From an uncultured archaeon (GTDB lineage Archaea; Asgardarchaeota; Thorarchaeia; Thorarchaeales; Thorarchaeaceae), in NCBI GenBank assembly GCA_964473825.1, contig CAYYQL010000010.1, positions 14,692 to 78,691 on the forward strand: a stretch of DNA of 64,000 bases, read 5' to 3'. The number at the start of each line of letters is the position of its first letter. Positions within the stretch are counted from its first letter, which is position 1. The notes under the pieces are model-generated. The model was not told where the DNA came from. It saw only the letters and a list, made by a program, of their open reading frames with translations, and did not search any database. The position numbers and the translations under genes are program-made. Positions 38,998 through 46,839 of the stretch are shown here, in pieces.

Positions 38998-40344
38998 TTG
39001 GATATATCGTCGGACTCCTCCTGTGGAGAGGACTCATCGAGTGAACATGATGGGCTATTGGAGATTGAAGGTGATATCGATCCGAAGAAAGAGATTCCTG
39101 ATGGTTCACGTATTCTGGTTATCAGTAATGACCAGTCGTACCTGACTCATGGGATACACAAATTTCCTGCCAAGTTCTTCCCGGAGTTACCTCGATACTT
39201 GATCAGGATGTATTCTCATCGGATGGATTCTGTACTCGATCCCATGTGCGGCAGTGGAACGGTTGTGTTGGAGGCTATGCTTAGCCAGAGGAGAGCAATT
39301 GGTATAGATATTGATCCGATTGCCCGTCTCGTCACACGCGTCAAGACCACGCCTCTGAATCCGGATACGCTTGTGTTGGCAACAGAGCGTCTGAGCCAAG
39401 AATTGAATGCCCGATTTGCTTCGGGTCATCAGCCGCCAATACCAGAATTCCATTATCGTGATTCTTGGTTTCAGTCTCACGTGTTACGAGAACTGGGCAT
39501 CATCTTAGAATGTATCAGAGACCGTGAGCTATGGGCTGAGGGTATTGAAACACGCGAACAGGATAGGTTGTTCAACTTCTTTCGAGTAATGTTCTCCTCC
39601 ATCGTGCGTGGCGTGTCAAATGCCGATCCTCACTGTACGCGAACCGTCATTCGCAAGAACAATATCCGCAACATACGTTCTGGAGAAACATTGCAGGAGT
39701 TCTCTGAAGTCCTGGAGGCACAGATCGATGCAATGAGTGAGTTCTGGACACTCTATAATGAGGTTGCCCCTCCCTCACCGAGTCTGCCACGAAGCACAGC
39801 AACAGAAACGGGCTTGGAGGCACAGTCTATCGACCTTGCTATCACCTCGCCGCCCTACATCAATGCAGTAGACTATCCACGAACGCACCAGCTAGAGATG
39901 TACTGGTTAGACATGGTTCCGGATGGTCCTCTCTCTCAGATGAAACGGAAGTACATAGGGACAGAAACAGTCTACAAAGAGGACTACAAGAATCTCCATG
40001 TTTCTGGTCTGGATTCGCTTGACCGACTGCTCGAGTCCATCTTCAAGGTCGACCCCAGACGATCCTATATCGTATACAAGTTCTTCAAAGATATGGAGGA
40101 GCAATTCTTTGAGATGCGTCGAGTCTTGAGGTCTGATGCGCGCTATTGCGTTGTGATTGGCAACAATGTCATCCGTGGCCATGAGATTCCTTCTCAAGAT
40201 ATCCTCTCCGAAATAGCGGTTAGACATGTGGGGTTCGAGCTGGAGAAGCGCTTCTTCTCTGGTCTCATCAGACATTTCATCAGGATCCCTCGTCCTGAGA
40301 GAATGAACGGCGAATGGGTGTTGGTGTTCAGAAAGCCGTCCTAG
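38998..40344 (+). CDS. DNA amino-methyltransferase (probably N4-cytosine), no adjacent restriction endonuclease
   Basis: HKFPAKF, LDPMCGSGT (motif I), TSPPY (motif IV). Confidence 0.9.
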   Translation: MDISSDSSCGEDSSSEHDGLLEIEGDIDPKKEIPDGSRILVISNDQSYLTHGIHKFPAKFFPELPRYLIRMYSHRMDSVLDPMCGSGTVVLEAMLSQRRAIGIDIDPIARLVTRVKTTPLNPDTLVLATERLSQELNARFASGHQPPIPEFHYRDSWFQSHVLRELGIILECIRDRELWAEGIETREQDRLFNFFRVMFSSIVRGVSNADPHCTRTVIRKNNIRNIRSGETLQEFSEVLEAQIDAMSEFWTLYNEVAPPSPSLPRSTATETGLEAQSIDLAITSPPYINAVDYPRTHQLEMYWLDMVPDGPLSQMKRKYIGTETVYKEDYKNLHVSGLDSLDRLLESIFKVDPRRSYIVYKFFKDMEEQFFEMRRVLRSDARYCVVIGNNVIRGHEIPSQDILSEIAVRHVGFELEKRFFSGLIRHFIRIPRPERMNGEWVLVFRKPS

Positions 40345-40442
40345 TTCCCGAGAAGCAATCCTTAAGTGGAAACACGTAAGGTCATGCACAACATAACTAA
40401 GGAGGTCTACTATAGACATGGCAACAATTCAATGGAGGAATC

Positions 40443-40676
40443 GTGTTTGCCCGTCGCTCATTCTTGTCACTACCTCCCTCCGCCAAATTCCTGTACGTGC
40501 TGCTTAAGCGCGAGCGACGTATGTCGCGGCAGGATTTGATCAGCACAACCTACCTGCCTCCCCGAACGGTCAACTATGGTCTGAGCCGATTGAAGGATCT
40601 GGGTCTGGTCAAGGAAAAGGAGCATGCTGAAGACGGAAGGATGGCAGTATATGAGCTCACGGAAACGCCTTTCTAG
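40443..40676 (+). CDS. Small winged-helix (MarR-like) protein
   Basis: LPPSAKFLY, LPPRTVNYGLSRL, DGR; GGAGGA RBS. Confidence 0.85.
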   Translation: MFARRSFLSLPPSAKFLYVLLKRERRMSRQDLISTTYLPPRTVNYGLSRLKDLGLVKEKEHAEDGRMAVYELTETPF

Positions 40677-40769
40677 CCCACAACCAAGGTCAGAGACACG
40701 AGCGATAAGCCAAAAGCCTCATAATCTGTTAACTCCCGACTTGACTAGTCCCAATGCGAGGATGCAGTA

Positions 40770-42125
40770 ATGAAGTTCTATGAAGATGCAGGTGTGCACC
40801 CTATTGGTGCCAAAAGGACTCACTACACCATCGAACTGAGTCCAGACAATGTCGGCGAAACGGTGGTTCTCTTCGGCTGGGTTCATATTCTCCGTGATAA
40901 GGGTGGAATCAAGTTTCTCATCCTCAGAGATGAACGCGGTCTGATTCAGGTCACCATTCCTAAGAAGAAAGTCACCTCTGAGGTATTCGAGGTCTCTGAC
41001 AGCCTTGGCGCGGAGTACGCCGTCGAGGTCATCGGGGAAGTAGTTTCAACGAAGCACACAGAGTCTGGCATAGAGATCATTCCTAGTTCGCTCAAGGTGA
41101 TCAATACATCGGAACGACTGCCAATTGATGTTGTCGAGGACAAAGTGGATATCGACCTTGATACAAGGCTGAACTATAGAATTCTTGACCTGCGGAAACC
41201 TCGCGTCAATGCAGTGTTCAGAGTGCAGCATAGTCTTGCAAGATTCTCCCGAGAATACCTTGAGAGAGATGGATTTGTGGAGATTCATACGCCAAAAATA
41301 GTGGCCGAGTCCACAGAGGGAGGTGCGAACCTCTTCGAGATCAAGTATTTCGACAGACCGGCCTATCTGGCACAAAGCCCACAGTTCTACAAACAGCTCA
41401 TGCTCCTCGCTGGCTTTGGCAAGGTCTTTGAGATTGGCCCCGTCTTCCGAGCAGAGAAACACAATACACGCCGTCATGTCAACGAATACACATCATTCGA
41501 CTTGGAGATGGCATGGATCAGCAGTGTAGAAGACATCATGGAAGTGGAAGAGAAGATGCTTCATTATGCCTTCCAGAAGACCGCTGAAACGGCATCCACC
41601 GAACTGGAACTACTCGGGGTGCAGCTAGAAGTGCCCTCTCTTCCTTTCAAACGAATCAAGTACTCGGAGGCAATCGATATCCTTCGGGATGAGGGGAAAG
41701 AGATAACCCTTGAAGACGATCTCGATCCTGAGAGCGAGAGGATTCTTGGTGAAGTTTTTCCGGAGAGATTCGGGACCAACATGGTCTTCATCACACAGTA
41801 TCCTCTGGAACTACGTCCCGCCTATACAATGCCAAGTATGACGGATGAGGGCATGACTGAGAGCTTCGATTTGACCTACAAGGGAATGGAGATCACAACA
41901 GGTGGTCAACGGATACATCTCTATGACTTGCTTGTGGAACGCTTCAAGGCCAAGGGGTTCAATCCGGATCATTTCACCTTCTATCTCGAACCCTTCAAAT
42001 TCGGTGCTCCTCCACACGGAGGATTTGGCCTTGGTCTCGAGAGACTAACAATGCAGCTGTTGGGCATCGAGAATATCCGAGAGGCAACACTTCTTCCGAG
42101 AGATCGAGATCGGCTCATGCCATAG
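40770..42125 (+). CDS. aspS: Archaeal-type aspartate-tRNA ligase (probably non-discriminating)
   Basis: OB-fold GWV, LAQSPQFYKQ, FRAE, GGQR, PPHGGFGLGLER. Confidence 0.95.
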   Translation: MKFYEDAGVHPIGAKRTHYTIELSPDNVGETVVLFGWVHILRDKGGIKFLILRDERGLIQVTIPKKKVTSEVFEVSDSLGAEYAVEVIGEVVSTKHTESGIEIIPSSLKVINTSERLPIDVVEDKVDIDLDTRLNYRILDLRKPRVNAVFRVQHSLARFSREYLERDGFVEIHTPKIVAESTEGGANLFEIKYFDRPAYLAQSPQFYKQLMLLAGFGKVFEIGPVFRAEKHNTRRHVNEYTSFDLEMAWISSVEDIMEVEEKMLHYAFQKTAETASTELELLGVQLEVPSLPFKRIKYSEAIDILRDEGKEITLEDDLDPESERILGEVFPERFGTNMVFITQYPLELRPAYTMPSMTDEGMTESFDLTYKGMEITTGGQRIHLYDLLVERFKAKGFNPDHFTFYLEPFKFGAPPHGGFGLGLERLTMQLLGIENIREATLLPRDRDRLMP

Positions 42126-42221
42126 CGGTCAGCCGAACAAAGAATGGCTCCATTGGCTTTCTTACGGCATCAGACAGATCGCCAAGACAACTTAGTCCGC
42201 GTTTTGGCCCCTCAGCCGAGA

Positions 42222-42917
42222 CTAGGTGATGGAATGGAGATGGGCTCTTCCGCGTCTACCTACTAGCTTCACGATTCCTATCTTTCTGAGAGTGTACGTC
42301 ATTTTCCTTGCCAGCGCAGGTGGCCGCTTGATTTGCTCTGCGAGTTCAGCATTGGTGAACGGACTCGTCAGGTCTTCTGGGATGAGTTTCAGTAAGTCTG
42401 ATGGGCTCTCAAACAACTGACTATCCACTACTTCCACTAGATTAGTATCAACGATACTCCAACCTCTGCGTCTCCAACTTCCATGCCCGTCCTGCCTGCG
42501 AGTCTCCTCTGCCCTGACCTGCAGGACATCAATACTGAAACGAGCATGTTCAATGAGTCTGGGAAGGTAGACCATCTCATAGAAGACGTCGTGGAAACTC
42601 TCCTTCTTGGGTGAGAGACGCTTCTCAATTACTTCTGATCCATCTGGTGTTTCTTTCACTATGTACTTCTCTGATATCACAGGATAGACCAGGCGCACTC
42701 TGTGTCTGGTGAGAAGATCCCGGAGTTTCGCTTTGATCGCTGAGAAACTTGTGGTCTGTATCTCGATTAAGAGATCATCTCGTACGATATCGATTACATA
42801 ACCATCTACCTCGAACTCAACACAATCGCCAGGTTCTGTATACCACTCCTTCAGTCCGGCATGGAGTGAGCGCTCTTGTAGCGTTCCGATATGCGGGCTC
42901 GAGGGATTTTTCGCCAT
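42222..42917 (-). CDS. PD-(D/E)xK-like protein with C-terminal winged helix
   Basis: ERSLHAGLK, GYVIDI, IEIQT; C-terminal FTNAELAE...KMTYTL. Confidence 0.65.
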   Translation of the reverse strand: MAKNPSSPHIGTLQERSLHAGLKEWYTEPGDCVEFEVDGYVIDIVRDDLLIEIQTTSFSAIKAKLRDLLTRHRVRLVYPVISEKYIVKETPDGSEVIEKRLSPKKESFHDVFYEMVYLPRLIEHARFSIDVLQVRAEETRRQDGHGSWRRRGWSIVDTNLVEVVDSQLFESPSDLLKLIPEDLTSPFTNAELAEQIKRPPALARKMTYTLRKIGIVKLVGRRGRAHLHSIT

Positions 42918-43042
42918 ATTACTGCACTCGCTGTACACAATCTCCAGCTTTCCACTTGGGATGAACAGGCCAATAGTCGGGGTGAAAAAAGACACGGCCG
43001 AGGATTCAGCCCACGGCCTATTCTAGATGGCGGATATCGCTT

Positions 43043-43207
43043 CTATTCCTTCAGCGTCAAGTCGTCACCGCAACAAGTGAAACTACAGCCGCACTGGTCC
43101 TCGTCGTTGCAGCACTCCGTACACTCGCTGAGGATTTTGATTTCAAGTCCACAGGTCTCGCATGCATAGACCTGTCCTTTTTTCATATCATGACAATGTA
43201 GTGACAT
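43043..43207 (-). CDS. Small Cys-rich desulforedoxin-like metal-binding protein (54 aa)
   Basis: MKKGQVYACETCG...CCGDDL; GGAGAGG RBS. Confidence 0.75.
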   Translation of the reverse strand: MSLHCHDMKKGQVYACETCGLEIKILSECTECCNDEDQCGCSFTCCGDDLTLKE

Positions 43208-43383
43208 TTCTTCAACCTCTCCACAATTTCGTGTCTTCCCGATATGTTTTGTACATATGTTCTTTGTGCTATCTCGAAGCGTTGTGCTTGGGTTGGTGCT
43301 CAATAATACTCCCTCTTAAAGGAGGCTGCTTCCAACTCACTCTAGTATAGAGTCGACCGTATAAACGCGAGGTAGCAATAGAG

Positions 43384-44142
43384 ATGGATGATCATGTTGA
43401 ATCTGAGCTCTACGCGTCGATAGCCACGCTGGATCAGTTCAAGAAGATGTTCGACATGGGCGCTGTGGATGTTCGTTCCTACGAGCGCGAATCAGAGGCT
43501 CTTGTCATGGATATCCGAGAGAATCTTGATAGATTGCGTCGGATGGGCAGAGATGTAACCGGATTCTTTGAGAGTGAGGGCATTGTTTCCCGTTTTCCCG
43601 AAGCCGCAGGAGTGCTTCGAATTCTACCACAACAGTCTGCTGCTTCCATGCAGGGGATGACGTCGGATGAATACTATGACTACATTGGTCTGGCGGTGCT
43701 TGACGTTGCAACTGAGAACGCAACAAAGGGTCTTATGGGTTTGGCAGAGCTGATTGTGGACGTTGTACGACGAACCCCCGAACTCAAATCCGTCAGCTAT
43801 AATGATGTGATAGAGGCAGTGGATCGAGTTGCAGAGCACGGTCTCATTCCAGGAATTCGAACACTAAGCGGAGGCGTCAAAGTTGTTGAATTGAGGCCTT
43901 TGGAACTTCGGCAAGACCAGGCTGATGTCATCAATCTCGCAGCGTCCAAAGGATTTGTTTCTATTGAGGAAGTAATCATGAAGCTGAAATGGTCTGAAGA
44001 CCACGCTCGAACCGTCCTCTCAAGCCTTGTGGAGGCAGGCATGGCTGTGGCCGACATCCGATTCAGCACGGGGGGAAGATACTACTTTCCCGGCCTAAGA
44101 TCAAGGACAGATGTTGACTCGAATGGCAAGCATAACCGCTAG
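43384..44142 (+). CDS. Fusion of Vps28-N-terminal-like helical hairpin and Vps22/36 (EAP30) tandem winged helix
   Basis: N-terminal SELYASIATLDQ...SYE...FPEA; C-terminal DEYY..IG...VSYNDV...PLEL..DQ...GFVS...LKWS...G.A..D...YYFPGL. Confidence 0.85.
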   Translation: MDDHVESELYASIATLDQFKKMFDMGAVDVRSYERESEALVMDIRENLDRLRRMGRDVTGFFESEGIVSRFPEAAGVLRILPQQSAASMQGMTSDEYYDYIGLAVLDVATENATKGLMGLAELIVDVVRRTPELKSVSYNDVIEAVDRVAEHGLIPGIRTLSGGVKVVELRPLELRQDQADVINLAASKGFVSIEEVIMKLKWSEDHARTVLSSLVEAGMAVADIRFSTGGRYYFPGLRSRTDVDSNGKHNR

Positions 44143-44146
44143 CCTG

Positions 44147-44851
44147 TCATACGACCAGCACAACAGCGCCGCGTTCCTTGTCTACCCATCTCGCATAACC
44201 ACGTTCTACAAGCAGTTCCATGATACGGCGAAGGTCGCCCTCCGGGAGGCGTCCGAAACCTTCTCTACCCTGTTGGATGACAATCGACTTAACATCAAGA
44301 TGCATCAAGCCCGTTTCAAGTGCCCAACGGTAGATATGGTCAGCCCAGTCCTCCAAAGGTCGCCAGTAGACCCGAAGCTGACGCTTCTCATCTCCGATCC
44401 ACTGTGCTATGTTCTTTTCTACAAGGGTATCTCCAAGGATCTCAAACGCATCAGCCTTACCGACAATCCCGCTAAACGGACTCTCGGTTATGAAAGTCGT
44501 AATCGATATGACGTGAAGCTTCTGGCTCTCCATCCATGTGAGTATGAAGTCTGTCCAATCTCGTGCCCAGAGTTGTATGCCCTCTTCGTAATCTGGAACC
44601 TGATACATCCACTCCGCCTCTTCGGCATTCCCCCAGCGCGGCTGGATCTCCTCGGCTTCAATTGCAGTCTCTCGTGATACAGCAGCCTCTTCTTCGGACT
44701 CTGTGACGGTCACAGCTTCTTTTACACTGACTTCGGGTACGTGTTGATCCGTAGAAGTCTTGGTCACGATTTGCTCTTCTGACTCTTCTTCCGACTCGCG
44801 CTTCTTCTCGACGTTCTTCTCCTTCTCTTTTGATCTCTCACGAACATTCAT
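44147..44851 (-). CDS. vps25: ESCRT-II Vps25-like protein with acidic N-terminal extension
   Basis: W..WTDFIL, VYWRPLEDWADHIYRWALETG, LVERGYARW match Vps25 winged-helix motifs. Confidence 0.85.
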   Translation of the reverse strand: MNVRERSKEKEKNVEKKRESEEESEEQIVTKTSTDQHVPEVSVKEAVTVTESEEEAAVSRETAIEAEEIQPRWGNAEEAEWMYQVPDYEEGIQLWARDWTDFILTWMESQKLHVISITTFITESPFSGIVGKADAFEILGDTLVEKNIAQWIGDEKRQLRVYWRPLEDWADHIYRWALETGLMHLDVKSIVIQQGREGFGRLPEGDLRRIMELLVERGYARWVDKERGAVVLVV

Positions 44852-44854
44852 CAG

Positions 44855-46063
44855 CTACGAGCCCTCCGCCCAGTCTATATATCGCTTGACATCTTCGGGC
44901 GACGTTGCAGGTCTGATATTCTCGATAGCTGATAAGAAGTCATAGCGCTCAACAGGTCTCAAGTCGAATATTTCCGACTCTTCATCCAAACGTCCACTTG
45001 TTTGAAGTTCTCGAATCGGCTCCATTGCCGCCTCTCGGCACACAACACTGATGTCCCGTCCACTGTATCCCTCTGTCAGGTCAGCCAACTCCGCGAAGTC
45101 TACGCTGGGGGCTATCTCTATCTCCTCCATATGAATATTGAATATCTTCTTTCGAGCCTCGCCACCTGGCAATGGCACATGGATTCTTTTCTCAAATCTT
45201 GACCGCAGAGCAAAGTCGAGCTCCCAAGGAAGGTTTGTGGCTCCGATCACTGTGATTCTCTCGTCCTCGCGACTACCAAGGCCCTGTAACTCGGTCAGCA
45301 GCTGCGTCTTCAGACGCCTTTCACCTCCAACATCATCACCGGACCTGGAAACTCCTATAGAATCGAGCTCATCGATGAATATTATAGCGGGTGGATGCTT
45401 TCGTGCCAGTTCGAAGAGAGTCATTACCAGTCGTTCTGATTCGCCGAGCCACTTGCTTACTATATTGCCGGCTGACACATTGAAGAATGTCGCGTCAATC
45501 TCTGAGGCCACGGCCTTTGCTATGAGTGTTTTACCACATCCCGCAGGACCATAAAGCAAGATGCCTCTCCAGGGTTGTCTCGCCTTTCCACGGAAAAGCT
45601 CGGGATGCTTCATGGGCGCAAGAATCGCGTCATCAATTGCCTGCTTTGCATCCTCGAGATCTGCGACCTCTGACATTCTAACATCTGGGCGCTCCGAAAC
45701 TATTGTATCTTCTATCATATCTCGCAGTCTGACGGTATCCTCGTCAATCTCTTTCTCTTCGGCAGAGACTTGAGCAGGCACTGGCTCTTCTCTCTCAAGG
45801 GGGTCTGGTGGTGTTTCGAGTCCATGGACAGGTCCTGACTTCTTCTTGATGCCGGAGAGATACCGGACCCTGTCAACGCACTCTTGTGCTCTCTTGAGAT
45901 AGTGTTTCCTGATAGAGGGCAATGCTGCCGAGTTTGACAGTTTAATCAGCACCTTGCTGGCCTTTAGATAATACTGGCAGGCCTCCTTTCCCATCCCTCT
46001 CTTGTCTAGGTCTATAGCCTTGTCAAGTAGCGCTTTGAGACCCTGATCTATTCTATCCACCAT
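44855..46063 (-). CDS. vps4: Vps4 AAA ATPase with MIT domain
   Basis: MIT (AIDLDKRG...Y...RAQE), PWRGILLYGPAGCGKT, SKWLGESE, FIDELD, GATNLPWELD, TEGYSG. Confidence 0.93.
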   Translation of the reverse strand: MVDRIDQGLKALLDKAIDLDKRGMGKEACQYYLKASKVLIKLSNSAALPSIRKHYLKRAQECVDRVRYLSGIKKKSGPVHGLETPPDPLEREEPVPAQVSAEEKEIDEDTVRLRDMIEDTIVSERPDVRMSEVADLEDAKQAIDDAILAPMKHPELFRGKARQPWRGILLYGPAGCGKTLIAKAVASEIDATFFNVSAGNIVSKWLGESERLVMTLFELARKHPPAIIFIDELDSIGVSRSGDDVGGERRLKTQLLTELQGLGSREDERITVIGATNLPWELDFALRSRFEKRIHVPLPGGEARKKIFNIHMEEIEIAPSVDFAELADLTEGYSGRDISVVCREAAMEPIRELQTSGRLDEESEIFDLRPVERYDFLSAIENIRPATSPEDVKRYIDWAEGS

Positions 46064-46223
46064 TGAACCTCACTCGCGATTAGATGTCTTCCGTTAAGAA
46101 CTTCAGTATTTCCCATTCACCATCTGGCTCATATGTCGAAGTGGTTACTCGTTCTACGAAGGTTTAAACGGTCTACATTCATTGCATCTATGTACAGCAA
46201 TAAGATTGACGAGGGAGTGACTC

Positions 46224-46838
46224 TTGGGTCCAATTCGAAAGGCTTTCAGATGGGGCAAAAAACGCCCAGATGTCGGTGAAGTTTCAAGTCAGCTTCGGGT
46301 TCTGTCAAAACAGCTGGCGCGAGAACGCAACAAACTCGAGAAAGAAGCTCGTGATACTAGGGCTCGAGCTGTACGTGCCAGGAAGGAGGGCAGGATTGAC
46401 GCGTACAAGACCTATGCCGCTGAGATGGTCCGGTTCCGACGCTTCGCTCTCTCTGTGGACAAGTCCCGTCTTCAAATCCTGAAGATCTTGGCCTATATCA
46501 CTCGAGCGCAGACCACAGCCAAGGCTAATGTTGCACTGGAGAAAGTCGCTGACATCCTGGGGCTCTTAGGTGACACCACGGACACACTGAAGGTCGTGGA
46601 GAATGTGGATGAGATTGGTCGTCGGTTGGAGCAGTTTGAGATAGAGTCCAGCATGTCGACAGAAGCCCTCGACACGACTGAGATTGGTGAAGTCACTTCA
46701 GAAGAGCTCGCTACGGCCATGGCCGAGATAGATGCAGAAGCGGGTGCATCCACATCTCGCGCGAAAAAGGCTCCTATGACAGAATCTGAAGAACTAGAGG
46801 CTGAGATCAAATCACTGGAACAAGAACTAGGTGTCTAG
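46224..46838 (+). CDS. ESCRT-III Vps2/24/46-like (Snf7 family) subunit
   Basis: Basic N-half (EG..DAYKTYAAEMVRFR), acidic C-half, C-terminal MIM1-like ELEAEIKSL. Confidence 0.88.
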   Translation: MGPIRKAFRWGKKRPDVGEVSSQLRVLSKQLARERNKLEKEARDTRARAVRARKEGRIDAYKTYAAEMVRFRRFALSVDKSRLQILKILAYITRAQTTAKANVALEKVADILGLLGDTTDTLKVVENVDEIGRRLEQFEIESSMSTEALDTTEIGEVTSEELATAMAEIDAEAGASTSRAKKAPMTESEELEAEIKSLEQELGV

Positions 46839-46839
46839 C

